Assembly (NCBI GenBank): GCA_964270895.1
Contig: OZ185441.1
From: Podarcis filfolensis
Taxonomy: Eukaryota
DNA: 64,000 nt
Strand: one strand, 5' to 3'
Part shown: one piece after another, positions 11,171 to 21,171 of the stretch
Position numbering within the stretch: position 1 is the first letter of the stretch
How the letters are laid out: each line of letters starts with the position of its first letter
Program-made: the position numbers and the translations under genes
The notes under the pieces: model-generated
What the model saw: only the letters and a program-made list of their open reading frames with translations
What the model was told of the DNA's origin: nothing
The model's database searches: none

Positions 11171-11415
11171 TTGCACAAGATAAAAGAAGGAAATTGGGGA
11201 GCAGCAGTTGCTCTCCTCGAGAGCTGTAGCCATTAGACAAAGGAATCAGCGCAGGAAAAACAGCTGATCCCTATTGCAAGCCAGTCTTCAGAAATTTCAG
11301 TAGGAATAAGCAGGACACTGTGTCACATTCAGAAGATAAAGACAGTTAAGAAGAGACACGCCTTGGAATAGACAAGAGGACAATGCCTTGCGTTTCAGGA
11401 GGAGAGGCTGGGAGA

Positions 11416-13911
11416 ATGGAAATGCATCTCAAGATCAGGCAAGTTTGGTCTTTTTCCCTGTATCTCTGTGCATGCATAGCAATGTGTGAGTCTATCCGCT
11501 ATTCAGTGGCAGAGGAAAAGAAAAGTGGATTTCTGGTGGCAAATGTGCTAAAAGATTTGAGAGTGGATGCAAAGGAGCTGTCTGCTCGGAGAGCCCGGCT
11601 GGTTTCTAAGAGCTCCAAGCAGTATTTCCAGCTGGATCCTCATTCTGGGGATGTGACAGTAAAAGATAAAATAGATCGGGAGTCCCTGTGTGGTCAGAAT
11701 GAACCTTGTGTTCTACTCTCTGAAATAGTGCTGGAAAATCCATTGCAGCTACACAGAATTGAAGTTCAAATAGAGGACGTGAATGATAATTCCCCCAAAT
11801 TCTCTAAAAATCAATTCCTGCTTGAAATACCTGAGCAGACTCCTGTGGATATCAGATTTCCTTTGGAAAGAGGAGAAGATCCAGACAAAGGAATAAATGC
11901 TGTTCAGAACTACACCCTTAGTCCTAATGAACATTTTAGGCTGAATGTGAAAAGTCACAGTGATGGTAGCAAATATGCAGAACTGGTGTTAGAGAAACCG
12001 CTAGACCGTGAGGTGAATCCACAGATTCATCTTACTCTGTCAGCTATCGATGGGGGGATCCCAAAAAGAACTGGAACAGCAGAGCTTCTCATCGATATTC
12101 TGGATGTTAATGATAATGTACCTCAGTTTCCACAATCTGAGTACAATGTGAAACTAATGGAAAACAGCCCATTGGATACATTGGTCGCAAAAGTGGAAGC
12201 CACTGACAGGGATTTTGGTTCCAATGCTCACATCACTTATTCCTTCAGTGAAGTTCCAGAAAATGTGTTGAGATCATTCAAGTTAAACAAACACACTGGG
12301 GAACTCACTGCTGTAGGGATGACTGACTATGAAGAAATCACCAGTTATGAGATGCACATCAAAGCCACAGATGGAGGAGGGCTTTCGGCTTACTGCAAAG
12401 TAATTGTAGACATTGAAGATGAGAATGACAATGCCCCGGAGATATCAATCACTTCCATCACCAGTCCCTTACCTGAGGATTCTCCCCCAGACACAGTGGT
12501 GGCCCTCTTCAGTGTCACAGATGTGGACTCTGGGGACAGTGGCAGAACTGCCTGCACCACTGAAGTCAACCTGCCATTTGTGCTCAAACCCACCGAGAAC
12601 AACTATTACCAGCTGGTGACCCAACAACCACTGGACAGAGAACAAGCCTCTGAATATAACATCACCATTACAGCCATGGACAGAGGCTCTCCCAGACTCA
12701 CTTCCACAAGAATACTTCATGTTCAAATTTCAGATGTCAATGACAACCCTCCAGTGTTTGAAAAGCCATTCTATGAAATGCAGTTAAGAGAAAACAATAT
12801 TCCAGGTCTTCTGATCGGTTTCGTCCATGCTGTTGATGTGGACACAGCGCAGAATGCCAAAGTGACCTACTCGCTTTTGCCTGGGAAGGTCAATGATGGC
12901 CCCACATCCTCTTACATCTCCATCAACTCTGAAACGGGGAACCTGTATGCCATCCGGTCTCTGGATTATGAGGAAGTAAAAGATTTCCAGGTGACGGTGA
13001 GGGCTGTGGATTCAGGTTCCCCTCCACTGAGCTCAGAAGTTCCCATCCGCGTTCAGGTCGTGGATGAAAATGACAATGCCCCCTTCATCCTCTACCCTCT
13101 CCAGAATGGCACTTCCCCCTCAAATGACCTGGTTCCCCGAGGGGCAGAGACTGGCTACCTGGTCACCAAGGTGGTGGCTGTGGACAGGGATTCTGGCCAG
13201 AACTCTTGGCTTTCCTACCAGCTGCTGAAGGCCACAGAACCGGGTCTGTTCACGGTGGGGGCCCAGAATGGAGAAGTGACCACCCTGAGGCCGGTCAGCA
13301 ACCGAGACAGCTTCAAGCAGAATCTGATTGTGGTGGTCCGAGACAACGGCCATCCTCTCCAGTCCACCTCTGCCACGCTCAGAATCCTTCTAGTGGACGG
13401 CTTCTCTGACCCTTATCTGAAAAGTGTGGCTCACCCAAAGGAGGAAACCGTGGAGGAGGAAGACCCCAGCCTGACTATGTATTTGATCATCTGCTTGGCT
13501 GCCATCTCAAGCATCTTTCTCATTTCTGTAGTGGCGTTTATTATAATCAAGTTGCAGAAACGTGAAAAGTTCATAGGAACCTACAACTCTGGAGCCAATT
13601 TCCCGGTGGGACCTGATTCCCAGGAGAACTGTGCGGATCCTGGTGCTGGATCTCTATCCCAGGCTTACAACTATGAGGTGTGCTTAGCTGGTGGGTCTCT
13701 GAACAGCGAGTTCAGGTTTCTCAGGCCCCTGTTTCCTGTTTTCTCTGTGGAGTCTCCTAACACTCAGGTGAATGCAAGGAGTTCCAATGATTCTGAAGGA
13801 GTCCCCAGTCATGCAGGTGAAAGTCAACATATCCTCCAGGTGAGAATATACTTTTCTTCATTTTTAACATTGCAAGGTATGTTTATGATTATTTCCCTGT
13901 CTGTACTGTAG
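11416..13911 (+). CDS. PCDHB: Protocadherin beta-like large exon, class A (gene 3); donor after 13839
   Basis: 842-aa ORF (upstream in-frame ATG at 11383); same architecture as gene 1; CAG|GTGAGA at 13839/13840. Confidence 0.95.
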   Translation: MEMHLKIRQVWSFSLYLCACIAMCESIRYSVAEEKKSGFLVANVLKDLRVDAKELSARRARLVSKSSKQYFQLDPHSGDVTVKDKIDRESLCGQNEPCVLLSEIVLENPLQLHRIEVQIEDVNDNSPKFSKNQFLLEIPEQTPVDIRFPLERGEDPDKGINAVQNYTLSPNEHFRLNVKSHSDGSKYAELVLEKPLDREVNPQIHLTLSAIDGGIPKRTGTAELLIDILDVNDNVPQFPQSEYNVKLMENSPLDTLVAKVEATDRDFGSNAHITYSFSEVPENVLRSFKLNKHTGELTAVGMTDYEEITSYEMHIKATDGGGLSAYCKVIVDIEDENDNAPEISITSITSPLPEDSPPDTVVALFSVTDVDSGDSGRTACTTEVNLPFVLKPTENNYYQLVTQQPLDREQASEYNITITAMDRGSPRLTSTRILHVQISDVNDNPPVFEKPFYEMQLRENNIPGLLIGFVHAVDVDTAQNAKVTYSLLPGKVNDGPTSSYISINSETGNLYAIRSLDYEEVKDFQVTVRAVDSGSPPLSSEVPIRVQVVDENDNAPFILYPLQNGTSPSNDLVPRGAETGYLVTKVVAVDRDSGQNSWLSYQLLKATEPGLFTVGAQNGEVTTLRPVSNRDSFKQNLIVVVRDNGHPLQSTSATLRILLVDGFSDPYLKSVAHPKEETVEEEDPSLTMYLIICLAAISSIFLISVVAFIIIKLQKREKFIGTYNSGANFPVGPDSQENCADPGAGSLSQAYNYEVCLAGGSLNSEFRFLRPLFPVFSVESPNTQVNARSSNDSEGVPSHAGESQHILQVRIYFSSFLTLQGMFMIISLSVL

Positions 13912-14144
13912 TCTAGTTATTACAGAGGCATTTAAGCATGAGCACAATGAATTGTAAATGGGGGGAATGTTGTTCTCTCTATTTTTTTTTTATTCATCCA
14001 TTGATTTTGGAAATTCTTAATGATCTTATGTATATATTAGCTGCTGACGATGAAACCACATAACAGATTATTAGGAATAAAATGGAGATTTCCACACCAG
14101 TGTATCTCTTGTATAAGTGCAATATTGGTTTTATTTTTATATAA

Positions 14145-14160
14145 CCACAAGGTGGCAGAA
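14145..14160 (+). promoter_or_regulatory. CSE / CTCF site of gene 4 (CCACAAGGTGGCAGAA)
   Basis: Near-consensus CTCF core 250 bp upstream of the ATG. Confidence 0.78.
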
Positions 14161-14394
14161 TTGGCCAACATTTTCATGGACACTGAGAATATTGTATTGT
14201 TGCGTTTATTGAAACCTTGAAGAGGCAGTATAGCAATGATACGGGAGGTAGATGCTGGTGTGAAGATATGAGGCTCAGGAGAATGAAAAACAATAAAAAT
14301 TGCAGCACAAAGATTATTCATCAAGCTGCAAAGATGATCAGAGGATGAAAGAAGCTTTGGTCAGTGCTTTAACACTCTGGAAGAGGGGGAAACC

Positions 14395-16824
14395 ATGAAC
14401 GATAGCTTCAGAAAGATGAAAGGTCTGTATCTTTTGCTTTTTCTCTTTGTGTTGAAAACAGTCTGCATTTCATTTCGCTATTCTGTACCTGAAGAAAAGA
14501 AAAAGGGTTTTTTGGTGGCTAATGTGCTGGAGGATCTGAAACTGGGAAAAGGAGAGCTCTCTGTTCGCAGAGCCCAGCTGGTGTCCAAAAGCACAAAGCA
14601 ATATTTCCACCTTGATACTCACTCTGGGAATTTGCTGATACATGATAAAATAGACAGAGAAGCTTTATGTGGCCAGACTGATCCTTGCATGCTGCTGTCT
14701 GAAATTGTGCTTCAAAACCCCTTAAATATCTACCGTATTGAAATGAAGATAGAAGATGTGAATGACAATACTCCCAAATTCTCTAAAGATAAATTTAATC
14801 TGGAAATTCCAGAGATTGTACCTACAAACACACAGTTCCTCTTGGAATCTGCCCAAGATGAGGACTTAGGAGAAAACAGTATCCAAAACTACACACTCAG
14901 TCCCAATGAGCATTTCCGACTATATGTGGAAAGCAACAAGGATGGAAGGAAATATGTGCATCTTGTTCTGCAGAAGCCACTGGACAGGGAGAATAGCTCA
15001 CACTTTGGATTGACCCTCATGGCTGCAGATGGAGGGGTGCCACAGAGAACAGGCACAGTTCAAATAAATATTGATGTTCTTGACAATAATGACAACTTTC
15101 CTCTGTTTACCCAGCCTGAATATAAAGCTAGGTTAAAAGAAAACAGCCCACAGGGCACTCTGGTCTTCAAAGTGGAAGCTACAGATTTGGATTTTGGTTC
15201 AAATGCACAGATCACCTACTCATTCCACCAAGCACCAGAAAAAATATACAGTTTCTTTCATTTAAATGAAAAAAATGGAGAAATCACCCTTTCTGGTCAG
15301 CTTGATTATGAAAAAGAAACCAGCTATGTCATGAACATCAGAGCAACAGATGGAGGGGGTCTCTCAGGTCACTGCAAGGTCCTGGTAGAGATTGAAGATG
15401 TGAATGACAATGTCCCTGAAGTGTCCATCATATCCATCACTAGTCCTTTGGCAGAGGATTCTCCCCTGGAGACACTTGTGGCTCTCTTCAGTGTCACTGA
15501 CCGAGACTCCGGAGACAATGGCAGAACCGTGTGCTCTGTGGAGACAAACCTTCCCTTTGCCTTAAAACGCACAATGGATAACTATTACCAGCTTGTAGTC
15601 CAAAGTCCCTTGGACAGAGAGAAGATCTCAGATTATAATGTCACCATCACAGCCATTGACCGGGGCTCCTCTAGGCTCACTTCAACAAGAATTATTAATG
15701 TTCAGATCTCAGATATCAATGACAACCCTCCACTATTTGAAAAGTCTTCATGTGAAATGCAGATACGGGAAAACAATATTCCAGGACTGCTCATTGGCTC
15801 AGTCCATGCTTCTGATCTGGACACTGAGAAGAATGCCAAGGTCACCTACTCCCTTTTGCCTGGGAAGGTCACTGATGGCCTTGTGGCCTCTTACATCTCA
15901 GTCAACTCTGAAAGTGGAAATCTGTATGCCCTCCGATCTCTGGATTACGAGCAGATCAAAGATTTCAAAGTGACGGTGAGGGCTACAGATGGAGGGTCTC
16001 CTCCCCTCAGCTCAGAAGTTACTGTTCGAGTCATTATCATAGACGAAAACGACAACCCTCCCTTCTTCCTCTACCCTCTTCAGAACAGCACATCCCCCTG
16101 CAATGAGCTGGTGCCCAAGTCGGTGGAGGCCGGCTACCTGGTCACCAAGGTGGTGGCTGTGGATGGAGATTCTGGCCAGAACTCGTGGCTTTCCTATGAG
16201 CTGCTGAAGGCCACAGACCCTGGTCTTTTCAGCATAGGAGCCCAGAATGGGGAAGTGAGAACCAGGAGAGCCCTGACCGAGCGAGACACCAGCAAGCAGA
16301 GACTCCTGATAGTGGTCAGGGACAACGGGCTCCCTCCCCAGAGCAGCACTGCCATGTTGCATGTTCTTCCTGTGGGTGGCTTTTCGGATCCTTATATGAA
16401 GGCTGTGGAGGTCAGTAAAGAGGAACACGAAGAAGATGGGACCTTGACCTTGTACTTGGTGATCTGCCTGGCTGCAGTCTCCTTTGTGTTCCTCGTTTGC
16501 ATTGTTTCCTTTGCTGCCATCAAGATCTGCAGGAGGGATCCCAGGGAAAGTTTTATCGCTGCCCCTCCTCACTTCCCACCTGCCAGACCCGACATCCCAG
16601 AGAACTGCGGTGATTCTCAGAGCGGGTCTCTTTCCAGGAGTTACCACTACGATGTGTGCTTAACCGGTGGGTCCTTGAGCAGCGAGTTCAGGTTCCTCAG
16701 GCCCCTCATTCCTGTTTTTTCTGTGGGGGACCCAAACCTCAATGTGAACCAGGCCCCTCCGTCTGCTTCCCAAGATATTCCTGATGCTTTGGAGAGCAGG
16801 AAGCCAATGGAACAGGTGAGATAA
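14395..16824 (+). CDS. PCDHB: Protocadherin beta-like large exon, class B (gene 4); donor after 16815
   Basis: 809-aa ORF, 6 EC repeats, TM, beta cytoplasmic motif; CAG|GTGAGA at 16815/16816. Confidence 0.95.
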   Translation: MNDSFRKMKGLYLLLFLFVLKTVCISFRYSVPEEKKKGFLVANVLEDLKLGKGELSVRRAQLVSKSTKQYFHLDTHSGNLLIHDKIDREALCGQTDPCMLLSEIVLQNPLNIYRIEMKIEDVNDNTPKFSKDKFNLEIPEIVPTNTQFLLESAQDEDLGENSIQNYTLSPNEHFRLYVESNKDGRKYVHLVLQKPLDRENSSHFGLTLMAADGGVPQRTGTVQINIDVLDNNDNFPLFTQPEYKARLKENSPQGTLVFKVEATDLDFGSNAQITYSFHQAPEKIYSFFHLNEKNGEITLSGQLDYEKETSYVMNIRATDGGGLSGHCKVLVEIEDVNDNVPEVSIISITSPLAEDSPLETLVALFSVTDRDSGDNGRTVCSVETNLPFALKRTMDNYYQLVVQSPLDREKISDYNVTITAIDRGSSRLTSTRIINVQISDINDNPPLFEKSSCEMQIRENNIPGLLIGSVHASDLDTEKNAKVTYSLLPGKVTDGLVASYISVNSESGNLYALRSLDYEQIKDFKVTVRATDGGSPPLSSEVTVRVIIIDENDNPPFFLYPLQNSTSPCNELVPKSVEAGYLVTKVVAVDGDSGQNSWLSYELLKATDPGLFSIGAQNGEVRTRRALTERDTSKQRLLIVVRDNGLPPQSSTAMLHVLPVGGFSDPYMKAVEVSKEEHEEDGTLTLYLVICLAAVSFVFLVCIVSFAAIKICRRDPRESFIAAPPHFPPARPDIPENCGDSQSGSLSRSYHYDVCLTGGSLSSEFRFLRPLIPVFSVGDPNLNVNQAPPSASQDIPDALESRKPMEQVR

Positions 16825-19363
16825 TTTTAAATAACCTTTTGCTGAATAGGGTAGAGAGGGAAAGATTCAAATATGATTTCTGCAATGATATTCTGTGAAA
16901 CACCTCAACAACCTGGCTGTACTATTTGGTAAAGTGAGACGACTATATGTGAGAGCTGGTTAGGGCTGAGTGGGGCTTTGATTGCAGTTACTCTCACACA
17001 TCCATTGTGGATCAGTGACGGTTCTCTGCCTGTAGTTATTCCACTGATGCAGGTCTTAACTGTCCCATTGCACCTGTTTCAGGATCCTGCTCTTTCCTTT
17101 CAGGCATCCTTGTGCCCTTATTAGGGGGGTTGCACTCAGAGACCTTGTTTCAAATCCCTGTTGAGTCCCTTTTGAGACCACTCACTGGGTGGTCTCTGAA
17201 ATCTATTGTATCTCAGTCTTAGTCCATCAAGGCATTGAAAACTTGGAGAGCGACTTCTAATCAGACATTACTGGCGTAGATAAACCAATGGTAGGATTTT
17301 GTATTATGACCTTTCGGGAGCGAAAAAGGAATAAAAATGTAACAACCTGCGAGGGCGATGGTGGAGGATAGGAACCATAAGCATAAAAGTATAAATGTAT
17401 GGAAGCCGGTCAAATATTGAGTAAGTCCCAAATCCCCGCTGGCAACACCTTCAGATCCTGCAACATTTTAAAGTAATGTAGAGAGAATGGGGTGACTTGA
17501 CTCCACCACAAGCTATTGCTTCCCTGCCCACCAGATATCCCTTCCCTGAATGCTTTACATTATGGAGGTGTTTTACATGAGGCCACCTTCCTTTATCCTT
17601 CTCACATCACCTCTCTGGCTCCCATCTCCCACTGCCTCTGTCTACTCTTGATCCAGGTTTCTCTTCTCTTCTCTTCTCCCAATAGCACATATCTTCCTTT
17701 TCTGTTTATACTCACCCAGATTCCTTAAAAGTGCAGGCTGAAATGGAGGCCACATCAGCACCATATATTTATAGCACATCTAAAGCTTTATGAGAGATAA
17801 ACTGCAGTTCCTATTATTATTTGGAAGGAAGCCTTGTGCTTTAAATGTATGGTTAGGATGTGTTCAGAGTTTTAGCTGAGGTTTTGAGTTAAGATTGCAA
17901 GTACTGATTCAAATAATTAAACAGGGTGATTTGTTTGTGTGTGTTTAAATTGCTTGTCTCTATTACTAATCGTATGCTTTATCCCCCAAATCTGATATGG
18001 TATATGCAGAAGAGGTATAACAGAAAGCAAGACAACAGTGTGTTGTATCCAACACGTTCAGTGATCTTCATCACATTTGAGAGCAAGAGCTTAATGTGTA
18101 AATGTGGAATATTTTAAACATATGGAACAGGTTGTTGGCTGAATAGCTTTCATGTTTAAACAAACCCTGAAAATATATGAATTCTAATAGAGTAAATGCA
18201 GGAATCATACAGGAAAAATATACTTCCTGATATTGATCTCTGTTTGACAACTTTTCCGGAACTTTGTTGAAACATATTTAATTAATTAATCTGTCTCACA
18301 GTTGGTCTTTCTTGCTCTAGCTAACAGTATATTTCTTCACTCAAAATCCAACCCCTCACACCATTCAGTGCATAGCATGTTATTTGTAAACAGCTGCAGG
18401 TCACAGTTGCAACTTGTAAGTTCACCCATGTTCCCAAAGCCATGTAAAGATGATGTAGCGTCTCAAATTTTGTGCTTCTTACACCTTAGCCTGTGTGTAC
18501 CAATGCTTAGCATTTGTCTTTCAGCTCCAATACTCTCCTTCAGCAGGTGTGGGGCAGTACTAAAGCTGACAGCAATATGGGGGCTGTGGGCACTCAGGTG
18601 CTGCCACTCACTTTACTTCCTGACACTTTCTTTGTATGCTTTTATTTCAGTTTGGGAGAATGGTGATCAAGGCTGACAGATTATGCAGGATGTGGAGAGG
18701 GAGTTGAGACTGAGGCAGGCAGGAACTGGGGCAGCCAGGGGCTTAGGGCCTTTTCGGGGGAAGAAGTCTGCTGTCATAGGGTTAGGTATAGGCGCTGGGA
18801 ACTGCAGATATTAGGGGCAGCATTACAAAATGTTAGATGCTTTATTCAGCTCCGAAGTCTGCAACGCAACCGAAAGTGCATATACATATTTATGGGAAGT
18901 GAGTATTGCAGAGTTATAAAGTACATCAGCCCAAGAATAAGGAATGAGGACTCAAGATTTTGGGGTTGAAGGGCTGGAGCTGTATTATTTTGTAAGACTG
19001 CAGTGAGATACATTCTTTTTCATAGTAGTTGCCCAGGGCAGGTATTTTTTTAAAAAACCACTTGGGTGAGATTGTGGAGACACTAGTCAGGAAGACTCCA
19101 TCCTGCTCCTCACTGCCCACAGATCCAAAGACTTGCCAAGGCAGACCAGATCAGAGTCACACCTTCTCTGAGCTCAACTAGTTTTGTGTAACTGAGCAGA
19201 GGATTCTGACTTTTCAAGCCCAGGACCCCTGAAAGGCTTGTCAGAAGAAGCCCCCTTTACTCATCTAAATAACCCAAATGGTGAATCAGGGTGTTCACCA
19301 AGTTACATCTCTTTACTTCTTCTCCCATCATTATTAGCAAGCCACTCCCTTTTTAGTTAGATA

Positions 19364-19710
19364 AAGGTAAAGAGGCCCCTGACCATTAGGTCCAGTCGCG
19401 GACGACTCTGGGGTTGCGGTGCTCATCTCGCTTTATTGGCCGAGGGAGCCGGTGTACAGCTTCCGGGTCATGTGGCCAGCATGACTAAGCCTCTTCTGGC
19501 GAACCAGAGCAGCACATGGAAACACCGTTTACCTTCCCGACAGCGGTACCTATTTATCTACTTGGACTTTGACGTGCTTTCGAACTGCTAGGTTGGCAGG
19601 AGCAGGGACCGAGCAACGGGAGCTCACCCCATTGCGGGGATTCGAACTGCCGACCTTCTGATCGGTAAGCCCTAGGCTCTGTGGTTTAACCCACGGCGCC
19701 ACCCGTGTCC
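19364..19710 (-). mobile_element. Full-length Sauria SINE (lacertid-type) with 14-bp TSD
   Basis: tRNA-derived head with B-box (GTTCGAATCC on minus strand), Bov-B-like 3' part and CCTTTA tail; TTTTTAGTTAGATA at 19350-19363 and 19711-19724. Confidence 0.92.
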
Positions 19711-19826
19711 TTTTTAGTTAGATAGCCAAATGTAATTAACACCAGTCCCATTCATCAAGGCCTTCCACCATTGCAATGCAGACTAGGTGTGGTGGGAAAT
19801 AAAAAGTCTTTTCTCCAGAGCCAATT

Positions 19827-19827
<1 letters not shown>

Positions 19828-19865
<38 letters not shown>
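19828..19865. repeat. (GT)19 microsatellite
   Basis: Direct count. Confidence 0.95.
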
Positions 19866-19867
<2 letters not shown>

Positions 19868-20446
19868 TACCTGGCCCCAGTGGTGGTGGGCTTACTAGCG
19901 GGGACCAAGTGAGAGCTCCAGCTGCTCTGTTTCTCCTTCTCATTGCATCATCAGCAACAGGCACTTCTAGAACTCAATCAGAGATTCATAGCAAAGCAGC
20001 ATGGCTTGGGTGAGAAGGTTAAAGGCCATCTTAAATGAAGTAATGAGAGAGCCTTGCCAGGGTCACTTCCACAAAGGGATGCTGGAGACATTTTACTAAT
20101 GGAATTTCAATTCTTGAATCTCTGTGAATGGAACTGTGAACTTTCTGATGATAGGTCTAGATGAGGGCTGGACATCTTCGTGGTTTTCCCTGGGCATCCT
20201 AAACATTATCAGATGAAGAGGGACCTTAAAGATCAGTGTTCATCTTTCATTTCTTTTTCCTTGGCCTCCCTGCACACCTTTTTGCTATGAGGATATAGTC
20301 ATGCCAATGTTGTTCCCTTCATATTCTAAACATCTCACTGAGTTTTATGGTGAAGAAATGTGTTTGTGTGTATGTATGAGTATAATTATTTACTGTTTAT
20401 AAAATGTAAATGTAACTGGCATTAAATATCGAAGAATATTCTATGC

Positions 20447-20838
20447 TAGGGGTTTCCAATCTGTTGCCTGTAGAGCACCAGTGGTCTGCAAGCTTTATTC
20501 AGGTCATCCGTGGAGACCAGCGCCTATGAATGGGGGGTTTAGCACATTAGCTTCCCATTGTACTTTTATTGCTTATTTTACTTCTTATGTTGAATTTTAC
20601 CTTTAATTACAGTATTTTGTATTGTAGTCTATGGCATTCAGATGGTAATATAATAAAATACAATGTAGGAAATAAAAAAGCAATAAAAATACAACACTAT
20701 ACAAATACAATCTAGCAACAGCTCATTACAGTTGCTACAACAGTCTAAAAAATCATTAGGTGGTCCACCAAGACACTCAGCTATTTGGCAGTGATCAGTC
20801 TTGGTGCAGGGGGCGGAAAGAGTTTGAGAAGAACCGTT
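20447..20838. mobile_element. Degenerate hAT-like non-autonomous DNA transposon
   Basis: TAGGGGTTTCCAATCT left end; partial inverted match AGTTTGAGAAGAACC at the right end. Confidence 0.4.
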
Positions 20839-20892
20839 CTGTGCTTATCAACAATGTCTGAGTGCTCTTACAGCTGCTGCATTTAACTTCTA

Positions 20893-20908
20893 ACACAAGG
20901 TGGTGCAA
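20893..20908 (+). promoter_or_regulatory. CSE / CTCF-like site of gene 5 (ACACAAGGTGGTGCAA)
   Basis: 279 bp upstream of ATG 21172. Confidence 0.7.
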
Positions 20909-21171
20909 TTGCACAGGCAGTAGAAATCAGAGCTGCTGCGCCGTGTCAGGAAGCTGTGACCATTAGAAGAAAGGAATCTGAAAAAAGGATAGCAGCTCTT
21001 GTTTGCAACAAAATCTGCAGAATCTGTAGGAGGCAAGCACTGCTGCATCTACTTCATGAAACAAGGACAACAGAGGGACCTTATAACAGAGGAAAGGGCA
21101 ATTCTGGCAACTGCTTTACAAAGAGGCACCTTGGATTCCAATCTGCCTTGAGAACAAAGCTGGGAAAGAAA

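Noticed and set aside
19600-19710. tRNA-like A/B boxes (also ~42110-42220 and ~47100-47185)
   Set aside because: SINE heads, not tRNA genes; no complete cloverleaf, and embedded in elements with tails and, for the Sauria copies, TSDs.
20956-21171. N-terminal extensions in the ORF track (also 24065-24184 and 30677-30772)
   Set aside because: Non-ATG starts upstream of the signal peptide, not conserved among paralogs and lying in the promoter/5' leader region.
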